Shown one piece after another: positions 25,544-39,811 of a stretch of 64,000 nucleotides of DNA (the stretch's first letter is position 1; each line of letters opens with the position of its first letter). The DNA lies in the NCBI GenBank assembly GCA_964016885.1, contig OZ024746.1, positions 98,208,001 through 98,272,000 of the forward strand. The letters are read 5' to 3'. The translations under genes were made by a program, and so were the position numbers. This stretch comes from Eledone cirrhosa (Eukaryota). The notes below the pieces were generated by a model. It had not been told where the DNA came from and did no database searches. It saw only the letters and a program-made list of their open reading frames with translations.

Positions 25544-25949
25544 TAATTTATCGTTATTATATTTTTATAAATATATCGAGACTGATACTTTTCTTTTAAT
25601 TATTACACTCCCTTACCTCCTTTCTTTCCGCATCTAAGTGTACGAGTGTGCAGGCGTTTTATGCGCGCGCTTTCATATTCATATATTTACGATGTAACCA
25701 TTTCTGTCTGTATAATACAGACATATAGATACATTTGCCCTAAATTTTAGAATTACGCACACTTTCTCACTATACATATACATGTGCGCATATACATATA
25801 TGCACATCTGTGAGCGTATATACATACATATACACACACCTAACTATATTTCTTGATAGATTTTTATATATTTCAATTTCTATTTCATTTATCTATATCT
25901 TTTTTTGATTTTCTTGACGAGTTTTTCTAAGTATTTGCCCATGTTTTAT

Positions 25950-26027
25950 ATTGCCTCGTCTGACGAACGAATGAAGTCGTTTATTTCGTATTCGCCTCAT
26001 TCGGGAAACCTCTGGTAATGAGGTAAT
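25950..26027 (+). ncRNA. Type I hammerhead ribozyme
   Basis: ATTGCCTCGT CTGACGA a CGAATGAAG ... CCTCATTCG g GAAA CC TCT GG TA ATGAGGTAAT. 10-bp stem I with G-U pairs, GUA site. Confidence 0.75.
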
Positions 26028-26246
26028 TATATTGTATTGATTTTTATACATTAAATTTTGCTCTGATACTTACATAGAGCACTCTTCATTTCTATGACCT
26101 TTTCTGTTTCCAACGGAAATTTCAATACTTATATATATATATACATATATATCAAAAGTATATATTGAGTCAAAAACTCCCAACAGTCCCCTATAATTAA
26201 AATAGCTCGAAGATAATATTTTTCCAAGACTTATAATATAGTATGC

Positions 26247-26285
<39 letters not shown>

Positions 26286-26341
26286 CCAAGGCTCTGAAAC
26301 CATCAACACCAAAAACACAGAGCTGGCATAAGAACTGACTA

Positions 26342-26397
26342 ACTGCCTGATGAGGTCATAGCCATACAATGGCTATCATCGAAATATATATAGCAGT
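26342..26397 (+). ncRNA. Type I hammerhead ribozyme
   Basis: ACTGC CTGATGA GGTC ATAGCCAT ACA ATGGCTAT CATC GAAA TATATA TA GCAGT. Palindromic stem III, AUA site. Confidence 0.78.
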
Positions 26398-26438
26398 AAA
26401 TAAACGATTATGAGTTCATGCAATTGACTTATGTTTCG

Positions 26439-26498
<60 letters not shown>

Positions 26499-26719
26499 AG
26501 CAAAAACATACACCTTTTTTTAGTCCGCTCCCTTCCACCCAAAATTCCCTCGGAAATGTTACCTTTTAATCAATTTTTGCTGTCTGAAGAAATCACGATA
26601 TATATCGTCTTTGAAATATATATAACGGCTCAATTAATAAAGGACTCTAACACATCCAACTTCGTATATTCCTCTTTATATATACATATATATATTTTTT
26701 TCCCTATATATATGGAAGA

Positions 26720-26922
26720 TGTCAACATATTATTTTTATCTAAAGACATTTTTTGCAATTCCAACTCCATCGTCCCTTCAATCTATCTTATTTCCTATTC
26801 TTTCTTCTGATGAAGAGCTAGCGTCCGAAACGTTGATGCCCTCTTCCTGCTATTTGAAGTGTTAACTTAATATATTGCTTCCATATACTGTACCAATTGT
26901 GTTGTTATTTCTGTTTACCTTT
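26720..26922 (+). mobile_element. PLE pLTR remnant with a degenerate HHR (same family as 33150-33365)
   Basis: TTCTT CTGATGA AGAGCTAGCGTCC GAAACGTT. The surrounding sequence aligns to the reverse complement of 33150-33365. Confidence 0.65.
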
Positions 26923-26963
26923 TATATATATATACATACACTCACATACACATTTATATATAT

Positions 26964-27735
26964 ACTAGCATTAAAGCCCGGCGTTGCTCGGGGTCAGTAA
27001 GTTACCAAAGTTAGGTTGCACCACCCATTTTATGGCACCACTTTTTTGTCTGCCAGGCACTGGGTGAATGAATTGCAGACCTGGACTGCTGAAGCAGGAG
27101 CTGCACCAGCAGTGACAATTGTAGTTTCGCCTATGGATATTATCTCTGTGCAAAGAAGTGTTGAAATTTATTCTTTCACAGTACTTGCGCAACACGCGCG
27201 TAGACGATGCCAGCCGAACAACAGAGCTGCGATGGAGTTGTTCTGCATGGTTGTCTAATGTGTGTTTTCTAAATTTAAGACAGTAGGGAGTGGTGTGATA
27301 TGGGGAGAGTTAGCTGCTGTTTCTGGCAGGTTTAGTGACCTCATAGAGGATATGTTTTCTAAATTTAAGACAGTAGGGAGTGGTGTGATAGGGGGGGAAA
27401 GTAAGCTGCTGTCTCTAGCAGGTTTAGTGACCTCATAGAGGATATGTTTTCTAAGTTTAAGACAGTAGGGAGTGGTTTGTTATGGGGGAGAGTTAGCTGC
27501 TGTTTCTAGCAGGTTTAGTGACCTCATAGAGTATATTATTGTGTATGGTAAATAAACTGGTACTTCTTTCTTCCACGTTCGTTGAGAGGTTTTAAAAAAA
27601 TTTATCGCTATTTTTTTTGTTGTTGAATAAATTTATCTGTTGCTTTTGAATAATTGTTGTTTCGTATGAAATGTAATAAGTTCTCTTTGTCATTGGAGTA
27701 AATAAATGTTTGACCGTTCCACACTCAAAAACAAA

Positions 27736-27790
<55 letters not shown>

Positions 27791-28080
27791 TTCTCTCTCT
27801 CTCTTCGGTGTTCGTAAAGGAAGTTTCTAAGCATGTACGTAGTTTTATCGAATTTTAAGGGGAGTAGAGAGAGGTAATCAGATTGTATTAGAGGGGTAAA
27901 GCGTCATGTATTTAGTTTTATCGATTATTTCGTAATTGTGGGTGAGTTTGAAAGAAATAAATAGTTGTTGACCTAAGTTACACGACTTTGAGTCGAATCG
28001 GTTTGAAATTGTGCAAATGTATAAACATGGAACATGCCACACACACACACACACAACAACAATCTGCCTTTTATAGATAA

Positions 28081-28084
<4 letters not shown>
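26964..28084 (-). mobile_element. Non-autonomous Helitron-like element with an internal ~87-bp x3 tandem repeat
   Basis: Minus-strand 3' end CCCGAGCAACGCCGGG (hairpin)...CTAG|T. The putative 5' end A|TC near 28084 is next to (CA)n. Tandem repeat at 27265-27535. Confidence 0.55.
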
Positions 28085-28153
<69 letters not shown>

Positions 28154-28205
28154 AATACATACATGCATATATATATTTATATACATATATATATATATAT
28201 ATACG

Positions 28206-28238
<33 letters not shown>

Positions 28239-28241
28239 TTG

Positions 28242-28321
<80 letters not shown>

Positions 28322-28339
28322 ATTTATACTTATATATAC

Positions 28340-28986
28340 ACTATATATAATTATAAACATGAAAGATCAGTAATTCATTACTACCTTATTACCAATAAGA
28401 AAAATAGCTCAATCTAAATACATCAGACGTTTTACAGAGCGGGAATATAAATTACAGAATAATCAAAACTATGTTCAAAACATTATATTGCTGACAATCG
28501 TTTCTTCCAAACTTTCGTTTGGATCCATCGGAGCACTAACAAAGTTTAGACATATAATTAACCTCCTATTCCACAGAACAATTGCAAAAATACGTAGATA
28601 TTAGTGTTGTCATTAATAGTGTCATGTTTAAAGAGTGAAGATGATGTGGTAAGTATCAGTGGATGTGACAAATATTATAAAAGAATAATCCAACAATTAT
28701 ACGTTTGCATATGTACCGCTAATGTCCTCATTTTGCGAGTAACTTTCTTCTTTAATTCTTCTATAATTTTTGTATTATTCTTTTATAATATTGACCACAT
28801 CATCTTCACTCTTTAAACATGACACTATTAATGACAACACTAATATCTACGTATCGCAATTGTTCTGTGGAATAGGAGGTTAATTATATGTCTAAACTTT
28901 GCTAGTGTTCCGATGATTCCAAACAAAAGTTTGGAAGAAACGATTGTCAGCAATAAAATATTTTGAACATAGTTTTGATTATTCTG

Positions 28987-28990
<4 letters not shown>
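28340..28990. mobile_element. Foldback PLE pLTR remnant with two HHR copies (U4C core)
   Basis: 28451-28650 is inverted relative to 28794-28990. 28906-28952 reads TGTT CCGATGA TTCCAAAC AAAA GTTTGGAA GAAA C GATT G TC AGCA. Confidence 0.78.
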
Positions 28991-29078
<88 letters not shown>

Positions 29079-29420
29079 AAACATCAGATTTAAAATATAA
29101 TGTGCTAAATGTACAGAATATATTATTAAAATTTTGAAATTTATTGAAATTTCTTCTGATTTGGCAACGAAACGAAAAACCTATCGGGAATTGCTGGCGA
29201 CTCAGAAAAAAGTGTAATAATTTCAAGAAATTAATAATAAATTTCTCAAGTAAATTCACATGCTTATGGAAAAACTGGTCTGTTCTGAGACTGTCCTCAG
29301 GGGAGATAATCTTTCAAAACATTAAGCACATAACATTTATAAGTAAATTTAATACTTTTAAAATTGACAGCCAAAGTCCAGATTGAACTTTCGTTAAACA
29401 TAAAAATTTACCTGCGAAAT

Positions 29421-29507
<87 letters not shown>

Positions 29508-29543
29508 TCTCTCTCTCTCTCTCCCTCTCTCTCTCTCCCTCTC

Positions 29544-29595
<52 letters not shown>

Positions 29596-29755
29596 CCTTT
29601 CTATTTGGGTGAGAGTTGATAAACATTGTCGCTAGGGTTTTGTTTACTATATCTAACTGAAACGAAAATGGCAATAAATTAAAGAATTATTGTGCACGGC
29701 ATCAGCGCATCACATTTTAAGTAAATTATTTAAATTTCGTATCATTGTTTTTTTG

Positions 29756-29901
<146 letters not shown>

Positions 29902-30017
29902 CCTCTCCCTCTCTCTCTCTTTCTCTGTAACACACACACATATATATATTTATATTATACTATATATACATAGTTATAGGAATAACCAACGAGTGCTTAG
30001 AAATATATAGTTTTATT

Positions 30018-30064
30018 AGCTAACAGTGTTTCATCCATACACCATGGCAGGTATCTTCAGAGCC
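30018..30064 (-). ncRNA. Probable hammerhead ribozyme (weak stem II)
   Basis: GGCT CTGAAGA TACCTGCCATGGTGTATGGAT GAAA C ACT G TT AGCT. Confidence 0.5.
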
Positions 30065-30489
30065 TATAAACATGAGTATATCAGTAGTTGCATGCTCCAT
30101 CGAGCTGCGTCACCAGAACAAAGTTAAATGACCAGCAGGGGGTCCCGAGGCTAGCGCTATATGGAAGAAGACAGAATACATGATGCACATAATGTCATAA
30201 AATGTCTTAAAAATTAAAAAATTAAAAATTAAAAATTACACCAAAAATGTATCACTTATATGGTGCAATAGATGATAAGGAGGTTGGGAGAGGGTAGCAA
30301 GGGATGAGTGAGGGTATTACTCAGCATGATCAGAAACAATCAGAAAATACAAGAAAATAACAAAAAAATAATAATAAAAGAACAGGGATAAGAAAAGAGT
30401 TAAATACAAAATAACAAAACAATTAATGAACAAAAAGCCTGGACCCCCCCCCCCCAAAAAAAATATATATATATAAGACAAAGCAAAGC

Positions 30490-30781
30490 ATGGTTAACTA
30501 TGCCTTTCATCCTTACGGGGTCGATAAAATAAAGTACCAGTAATACACTGGGGTAACTGCTGGCCTTGTGCCAAAAGTAGAAACAATTATTAGTGGATTG
30601 GCAGAATTGGTAGAGCGTTGGACACCATGCTTTTCAGTATAGAGTTATGGTCCTTTATGGTCTGAGTTCAAATCCTGCTGGGGTTAACATTGCCTTTCAT
30701 CCTTACGGGGTCGATAAAATAAAGTACCAATAATACACTGGGATAATTGCTGGCCTTGTGCCAAAAGTAGAAACAATTATT
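30490..30781 (+). mobile_element. Two tandem family-A tRNA SINEs
   Basis: Same motifs as the 10953 cluster. Confidence 0.85.
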
Positions 30782-31507
30782 GTAGACAGATTTCAAGTCG
30801 CATTGATTCGCTTCTGTCCCAAAACTATCCAGTCTCTTGTTTGTCGTTTGTCTTTCCCCCAGTTTTGTCCTAGATACAGAGAAACACTGTATTCATCAAG
30901 TCAAAGAAATAGCGGCACTCCATTGGTAACGACGACGAGTCTTTCAATCGATAGGACAATGGAACAGCCTGCACGTAAAATTAACGTGCAAGTGGCTGAG
31001 AATTCTTCAAATACTCGTAACATTGACGTAGTTCTCAAAGAGATTCCTCATGACACAGAATGTGACAAGGCTGGCCCTTCGAATTACAGGTGGAACTCAT
31101 TTTTGCCAGCTGAGTGGACTGGAAGCAACGTAAAATATAGTGACTTGCTCAAGGACAAATATGCCGCCGGGAATCGAAATCACGACCTTACGATCTTGAG
31201 CCAAATACCCCTAACCACAAAGCTACGTTTGTTCTCACTCATCAAGTATTTGACATTTGCTACAACAGGAATATTTTCATATAGAACTTTCTCGTGAGTT
31301 ATTGAATCATTTAAGCACTCCATAACAGTCAAAGCATGATTTCGCTTTGAATATGTGTCTTCCATTACAGCCAATAAAGATGTCACTCCGTGTAACCCCA
31401 TGAATTACTGTAGATAATGTGAAGAATATTAACTAAAAGTTAAAATTTGACTCAATCCCAAAGATACATCAGATCAGAAGTTATCCCGGTTTTATTGGCG
31501 TTGAATG

Positions 31508-31795
31508 ACTGAGAATCTATGGCTCCTCAGGTGGACTGGGTGTAACCCATGACAGGACTAATCCCTAGATACTGCTGTTGGTACTCATTGTTGTACCAAC
31601 TGAGTGGACCTTGAGAATACATGGCTCCTCAGTCGGACTGGGTGCTAACCCATGACAGGACTAATCCCCAAATACTGCTGTTGTTGTACCAGCTGAGTGA
31701 ACTTGAGAATACATGGCTCCTCAGTTGGACTGGGCACTAACCCATGCGGGACTAATCCGCAGCTACTACTGCTGTTGCACCAGCTGAGTGAACTT
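31508..31795. repeat. ~90-100-bp tandem repeat, 3 diverged copies
   Basis: GAGAATACATGGCTCCTCAG..GGACTGGG..TAACCCATG..GGACTAATCC recurs three times. Confidence 0.8.
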
Positions 31796-32362
31796 CAGCA
31801 ACATGAAAGAAAGTGTCTTAATAACGGCGACCGGGTCCGAGTATCGAAACCACGGCTTCAGAATCCTCAGACCAATACCCTATCTATGAATCCTTGCGTT
31901 ATCTCTTAAGAGAGGTAATCTATAGAAACTCCTCGTTTGTTTCCTGAGGGATGTCCAAAATATGTCCCAGATAACTTTGATATAAACACATCAGTTATTT
32001 AGACAATCATTTTGGCCTTTAGCGTCAGAGTGTAACAGAAACTGATATGGCATATCAAATTTCTAGCTGGCGTTAGTCCCAGGCTACAGTAGATAACAGT
32101 CAAATATGTTGCTGATATCTATAAACCCTTGTGGTATAGATGGTGAACTAGCTGTGAAAACAGATGGTGGAGTGACTATATGGCAGGTGAAATATCTAGC
32201 TCTGCTGTCTCCATACATTTACTAGTGGCAGTGATATCTACCGCAGCAACGACGATTACAGTTTACAAATGATATATCGATATATTGAATAACATCCAAT
32301 ATTCTCCGCCACAGCAGCGATTTTTTTCAGTTAACTGTAAATAAGTTAACGACACTATAGTG

Positions 32363-32442
<80 letters not shown>

Positions 32443-32515
32443 GTGTGTATATATCTCTTTTAATCTTTTTAAAAGAAAGAGATATATACACATATATATG
32501 TATATATATATATAT

Positions 32516-32569
<54 letters not shown>

Positions 32570-32737
32570 GTTATTCCGGGTTGAATCGGAGGTAACCACA
32601 GTAAGTAAGGTACTCAATACATTGCAGAGTATAAAAGTTTTAATATAGATGAGATTCAACCCGGAATAACGTACCTTTTAGCACTACATATTTTGACCAA
32701 TCCCCTTGACAACTACAATCTTTCCATATAATGAAGT

Positions 32738-32829
32738 ACCCTTGAAAAGTTCGGCTATTTATTTACCAGACTAAAAAAACTCTTAGTCCAGAAATAGCCG
32801 TCGAAACGGCTTGAGCTCTGCCGTCGGGG
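32738..32829 (+). ncRNA. Hammerhead ribozyme with U3-A8 core
   Basis: CCC TTGAAAA gtt CGGCTATTT ... AAATAGCCG tc GAAA CGGC TTGAGCTCT GCCG TC GGG. Confidence 0.65.
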
Positions 32830-32921
32830 TCATACACTCTCCTATTACCCACTCTACTACCCTAAGTATTGAGTACTCTGGTGCGTTATGGTCCATCTGG
32901 TTCCTTACCACAACTCCTCCG

Positions 32922-32979
<58 letters not shown>

Positions 32980-33058
32980 TAAAATAACCTCTACGGTTCT
33001 TATATATTTGATATATATTTATCCTTATCGAGCCCTTTTGGGATTTTAGTCTTCAAAT

Positions 33059-33146
<88 letters not shown>

Positions 33147-33149
33147 ATG

Positions 33150-34170
33150 TAAAAGGTAAACAGAAATAACAACACAATCGGTACAGTATATGGAAGGAAT
33201 ATATTAGGTTAACGCTTGATATAGCAGGAAGAGAGTCTTAACGTTTCGGACGCTAGTCCTTCATCAGAAGAAAGAATGAAAAATAAGATAGATTGAGAGG
33301 ACGGGCGGGATGGAATTGTAAAAAATTTCTTTAGATAAAAATAACAGGTCCATGTTGACATCTCTTGCAAAACTGTTAGTGCTGGAGTTTTGTGTATGAT
33401 TAATTTTTTAGAAAAGTGGATGATGGAGCGCGTCTACCTGAAATAGATAAAAAACATTTTGTAAAAAGAGCTATACTTGTGCACGTGTGTAAACATGTGT
33501 GTGTTATTATACGTACGTACGAAGCTAAGAAGAAATGTGGGTGTATATGTAAGTAAAATAGTGTGTATGCATGTATGTACGAATCTATGAGCAAAAGTAT
33601 GTGAATATAAGTGTGTGTATATGAGTATACAGAGCAGTGAAGTGAAAAGTGTAGTGAGCATATATAGCCGGCATGTATTAGTTGTAAGAGAAGCTGCTAA
33701 TGATTAAGAGAAAACGATAGGAATCTAGGGGTGTGATAATGGACGGGGTATTAGAGAAATTGGGGATGTGAGTTGAGTCCAAGAGGGGAATAGGACCCAA
33801 GGCGGTGAATCCATGATGTAAAAGGACACCCAGGACTGAAATACGTTGGGAAGAATGACCAGCAGAACAGAAATGACGTGCGACAGGAGTATACAAACCG
33901 AGTCGTATGTCCCTCAAATGTTCAGCGAAACGGTCCGCCATACGGCGTCCCGTTTGTCCGATATATAAAGACCCGCAAAGGGAACACCGGAGGGCATAGA
34001 CAACATGGCTGGATGTGCAGGTGAAAGAGTGGTGGATACGGAAAGACCCGTTATGTCTTGTGAGAGTGGTGAGGGTAGAAATGAAGGGACAAGTGTTGCA
34101 GCGGGGACGAGAATAAGGATGAGAGCCGGGTGGAGTATGGAGAGGACGAGAAGGAACTGGTAGTTTATTT
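33150..34170 (-). mobile_element. 5'-truncated Penelope-like element (GIY-YIG fragment + 3' pLTR)
   Basis: ORF 33678-34196: RCNTCP..FTCTSSHVVYALRCSLCGSLYIGQTGRRMADRFAEH..PVARHF. HHR at 33236-33271. Ends in a TA/TG microsatellite. Confidence 0.9.
33236..33271 (-). ncRNA. Minimal hammerhead ribozyme
   Basis: TCTT CTGATGA a GGAC TAGC GTCC GAAA CG TT AAGA. The loopless palindromic stem III (ACGT) resembles dimer-forming PLE HHRs. Confidence 0.78.
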
Positions 34171-34362
34171 ATCAACACCGAAAGGATGCAAACCAACGTT
34201 GACCTCGGTGAGATCTGAACTTAGAGCTCAGAGATCCTGATCAAATAACTCGAAGTATTTTATCCGATCAGCTGGAGACGGTTGCTTCTGACAGGACCCG
34301 ATAGAACGAGTGTTTGAGGACTCTGCCCATATGACCCTCTCTCTCTCTCTCTCTCTCTCTCT

Positions 34363-34396
<34 letters not shown>

Positions 34397-34421
34397 AGAA
34401 GAAGAAGAAGAAGAAGAAGAA

Positions 34422-34485
<64 letters not shown>

Positions 34486-34933
34486 GATATATTTTGTTGA
34501 CAACAGAATAAAATTGCTTGAAAGACTGATCCATTACATAGTTTTTAGATCAATGCTAAAAATAAACACTGGCATTTCTCTTTTACCCAATACTTGCAAG
34601 GCTTTGAGGAATCTGATATTGCGTTCCAAAAATTATGAAAACAAAGTCTGTCTTTGATTAGCTTGTCACAAGAATATATTCAAGTTCTTTTCACTCTTTA
34701 AACGGTTTTATGTGTGCAGTATCAGCAAGGAAGGGAATTGGCAATCATTAGAACGGATAGAATACTTCACGGTATAAGTCGCGGTTCTCTACCGTTTGAG
34801 TACAGATCCCGCCGAAGTCAACTTTGCCTTTTATCTTTCCGATTTTTCGAGGTCGATAAATAAAGTACCAGTCCAGTATTGGGGTCGAATCTCCTTCCAT
34901 CTCTCTCTCCCTCTCTCTTTTCCACTCTTCCTC

Positions 34934-35031
<98 letters not shown>

Positions 35032-35650
35032 CTATTTTTCTTTCTCTCTTTCTCTCGTTCTCTCTTTCTTTCTCTCTTTCTCTTGATCTCTCTTTCTTTC
35101 TTTCTGTCTTTCTCTCATTCTCTCTTTCTCTCTCTCTATTTCTTTCTTTCTTTCTCTCTTTCTCTCGTTCTCTCTGTCTTTCTCTCTTTCTCTATTTCTC
35201 TCGTTCTCTCTCTCTCCTTCTCCCTCCCTCCTTCTCTCTCTCTATCTCCCTCTCTTTGGAAGTAATCAGCTGTGATCAGACGTGGAATGGGATGTGCTGC
35301 GCTAGGTTTAGAAAGCACATTATATGGCTGTGGCGCTCCAACAACTTCACCGAGAGATCTAGCATGAGTGACAATATCTGTAAATATCACACAACTATTT
35401 AGACCCACAGATTGACCAATGTCTTGCAGGTGAAATTTGATAGACGGAAATTGCAGAAACCCGTCGTGTGTTAGTGCGCATGATCGTACTAGTTGTCTAG
35501 AGTTATGTCTGGTGACTTAGCGGTTCGACAAAAAGCGATCAATAAAATAAGCATCAGACTCGATGTTATGTACTGGAATCCATATGATCGACTAATTCTC
35601 TTCTAGACTAAGACCCATTATGGCCGTTGTCCAATAAAGCCAGTAAATTA

Positions 35651-35870
35651 TTAACCCTTTCATGACCCCATTTCTAATGAAATACACCCTATTTTAATTA
35701 ATTAATGAAGAATTTTGGGGAATTTACTAAAATTATTATTTCATTACTAAGATAGTAACTTAATGAAGGTTCTTATATAAAATTATGTTGGAAGATTTTA
35801 ATTTAAAATGAGAGGTTTTATTTCATAGAACCAGAGCTGGTTTGGGCCAGGCTGGTAACTAAAGGGTTAA
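35651..35870. mobile_element. piggyBac-type MITE (TTAA target)
   Basis: TTAA CCCTTT ... AAAGGG TTAA termini. A related split copy is at 10827-12924. Confidence 0.6.
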
Positions 35871-37390
35871 TCAAATAAAAATGTAAAACGTAAAAGTATA
35901 ATCTCATGTAGGTTTAAATTGGAAAGAAATGTCTTTTGACCGAAAAGAATGATTTGATATTGTTGTCTTGGACCTCCGTCAGTTATGAAAATGTAGTTGT
36001 GTGATTAACGGAACAGCTTCTCATGAACTTAACATGTAAATGGTTGAGCAATCTACAGTGGCATGTATTTTTCACCTAGTTCTCAGGGAGATTCAGCGCT
36101 ACAAGGCTGGCATTTTTCAATCTTAGGGACAGGCACAACTAATTTTTGGCAACGAGAAATAAAATGTTTTAATTAATGACAAAACACACCAGCGGGATTC
36201 GAACTCACAGCCGCACGATCGTGAACCAAATACCCTAACAAGTAATAAGTATATTCTGGAAAAAACCCAGACATTTGCATACAGTGGAATGAACCGATCT
36301 TGGGTTATGACTGGTATTGACAGATGTATACAGAGATAAAGAGATAGAGATGTGTAACATCACTTAACCTTTAATTCTACAAAATACTTCAGTAATGCTG
36401 GTATAGTCACAGCCCCCGTCCCTCTCACTTTCCCCGTCTCTCACGGTGGACAGAATAGAGACGGCGTTTACCCGGAGGATGGTGAGGGAGATGCGTTGGA
36501 AGAACCATTCTAGTTCACCAGTCTAACACCCTAAATATTAGCCACACATCTTCGTCTGATATTACACTGAGATTTCTGTTTCCATTTTTCATTTTCTTCC
36601 AAATGAAATTATTCTGATTGACATTTCAACTGTATTTAAGTTCTTGCTGGAGAAATTTAAAACGTCTCTTTCGACATTTTGCAAGACAGGAAAATCAGGT
36701 CAAGTAAAGATATTCCACAGAGAAAATTATGAGTCTACAACAAACTGTTCGGGTCGGAGATAGGTTGTTATGGTTCTTTGATCACTTCTCATTTTGAACA
36801 CTCCCAGACGCACACCCAAACATACACATACACACACAAACACACTCATACACACACAAACACATACACACCCAAACACACACACACACACACAAATACA
36901 TACACACTCAAACACACACATACACACACAAACACATAAACACACAAACAACTACACGCAGACACATAAAGACACATACATACACACCCAAACACATCTA
37001 CATACAAACAACTACACACAAAACAGATAAACACACACATACAAACAAAAACACACACACACACAAACACACACATACACGCCAAAACACACATACACGC
37101 ACACACTCCCAAACACACACACATACACATGCACACACACACACATACACATGCACACATACACACACGCACATACACACACACAAACACGTTTGTACAC
37201 ATGAATTCCTGTTTGTCTATAATGATAGAGAAAGAGGAATTTATATATATACATATATACATAAATAAATACACACACATATATATATATATATACATAC
37301 ATATACATAAATAAATACACACATATATACATACATATACATAAATAAATACACACATATATATATATACACACATATACATAAATAAAT

Positions 37391-37423
<33 letters not shown>

Positions 37424-37444
37424 CATATATATAAATAAATACAC

Positions 37445-37476
<32 letters not shown>

Positions 37477-37680
37477 TGTATGTGTGTGTGTGTCTGTGTT
37501 TATATGAATGTTTATATGTATGTATATATATATACATGTATATATATATACATACATGTATGCATGTCTGTATATATATATATATATCTACATACATGCA
37601 TATATACATATAAACATACATAGATACATAGACACATTTGTGTGTGTGTATGTGTGTGTGCGCGCGTGTGTGTGTCTCTA

Positions 37681-37716
<36 letters not shown>

Positions 37717-37896
37717 GAGGAGAGGTAGTGTAAGATATAACTACATTTGAATATAAGTATATTTCATATGTATTCAATTTATGTAAACAATCCTTTACAG
37801 AAAACTAGAATTATGAAGTTGGACCAAAACCAAGAGATATTATCTCGCAGTTGTTTCCAAGCTGTTTTTACGCGCGGTTCAAGTTAGGACACGTAA

Positions 37897-38000
37897 AAAT
37901 AATTTGGCGCACGTTCTACATAAAGTCGAAAGTCTATCCAAAAGAGATATCTCTTTTGGATAGACTTTCGACTTTATGTAGAACGTGCGCCAAATTATTT
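37897..38000. repeat. Perfect 104-bp palindrome, no spacer
   Basis: AAATAATTTGGCGCACGTTCTACATAAAGTCGAAAGTCTATCCAAAAGAGAT|ATCTCTTTTGG...CAAATTATTT. Confidence 0.95.
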
Positions 38001-38104
38001 ATACTAAATATACTAATTTATACTAAATATACTATGTATACTAAATCTGGGCAACAGTCTTGTCCCTCTTTCCGTAACACACACTGACACACTCTCTCTC
38101 TCTT

Positions 38105-38139
<35 letters not shown>

Positions 38140-38144
38140 ACCTC

Positions 38145-38208
<64 letters not shown>

Positions 38209-38243
38209 ACTCTATCTCTCTATCTATCTGTCTATCTATCTAT

Positions 38244-38395
<152 letters not shown>

Positions 38396-39213
38396 CACTA
38401 AATCTATCTAATTCTCTCTCTCTCTCTCTCTCTAAACGAATGACGTTCCTTTTCTCTTTCTATCTATATACACCTCTTTCACTTGGTGCCCCCTCCCCCT
38501 CTCTGTAGAGGAAGGCGGCGTCGTCTTCTATCTCTTGCTGTCACACACACACCTCCTCTCTCTCTCTCTCCCCTCTCTCTTTCTCTAAACGAATGACGTT
38601 TCTTTTTTTCTCTCTATATACATCTCTTTCGCTTGGTGCTCCCTCTCTCTCGGTGTATAGAAGGGGGTGACGTCGTAACTTTCTGTCTATCTACGTCTTT
38701 CTGTCACCTCAAAAACACAGTGTTCGCTTTTCTCCTTCTATCTATGTACGTATCTCTCGCTTCGTACTCCCCGTCTATATATAAAGTGAGCGTGACGGAC
38801 GGACGAACGGACGGGCGGACAGACAGCGCTCTTATTATAATATAGACTACCATAGCGTAGAGTAGACGAGAAACATAAATGTTTTTTAGCAATGCCTTCA
38901 GTAACAGAACGAACCGGCCAATGAAAGATCGTTGTGTTCTTTTGTTTGTTGGTTCGATCTACTTCTCTGATATTACAGCGACCTGGATGGATGTTTGTCC
39001 CTGCGGACAGCATTAAAAATACCTTACCTCAGAAGTTAGCAAGAAAGATGCACCGAAAGAGTCATTTCAATTGGTAGGGTTCCTTCATGTGAGTGACCAA
39101 CTCCGCCCCCAGAGCAGTTGTTTCCCACTGTCACTGATATATACCAACTAGATTACGAATTTCATTTTGTATTTCTCATCTTTTGAAATAGAATCTTTCG
39201 TGGTGCCTCTGGG

Positions 39214-39475
39214 AGCCGAGGTGCACCAGGAACACGAGGTGCTCCAGTAAGCCGAGGTGCACCAGTAAGTCGAGGTGCACCAGTAAGTCGAGGTGCACCA
39301 GTAAGCCGAGGTGCACCAGTAAGCCGAGGTTCACCAGGAACACGAGGTGCTCCAGTAAGCCGAGGTGCACCAGTAAGTCGAGGTGCACCAGTAAGCCGAG
39401 GTGCACCAGTAAGCCGAGGAGCACCAGTAAGCGAAGGTGCACCAGTAAGACGAGATGCACCAGTAAGCCAAGGTC
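39214..39475. repeat. 18-bp minisatellite (GCCGAGGTGCACCAGTAA)n, about 14 copies, abutting a SINE
   Basis: Direct inspection. The SINE body follows at 39475-39640. Confidence 0.9.
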
Positions 39476-39761
39476 GGACGTCATGCTTTTCAGCACGGAG
39501 TTACGGCCCTTTACAGCCTGAGTTCAAATCCTACTGAGGTTAACTTTGCCTTTCATCCTTACGGGGCCGATGAAATAAAGTACCAGTAATGCACTGGGGT
39601 AATTGCTGGCATTGTGCCAAATGTAGAAACGATTATTATTACCGACTGTTTAAAAGATAAAAATACTAAGGCAAAGAAAATTAACCCTAGAGTAACGTAT
39701 TTACTTTGATATAGTTCATAAAAGGGCCACTGCAAGAGTGAGAAATGAAATTTCATTTTTT

Positions 39762-39809
<48 letters not shown>

Positions 39810-39811
<2 letters not shown>

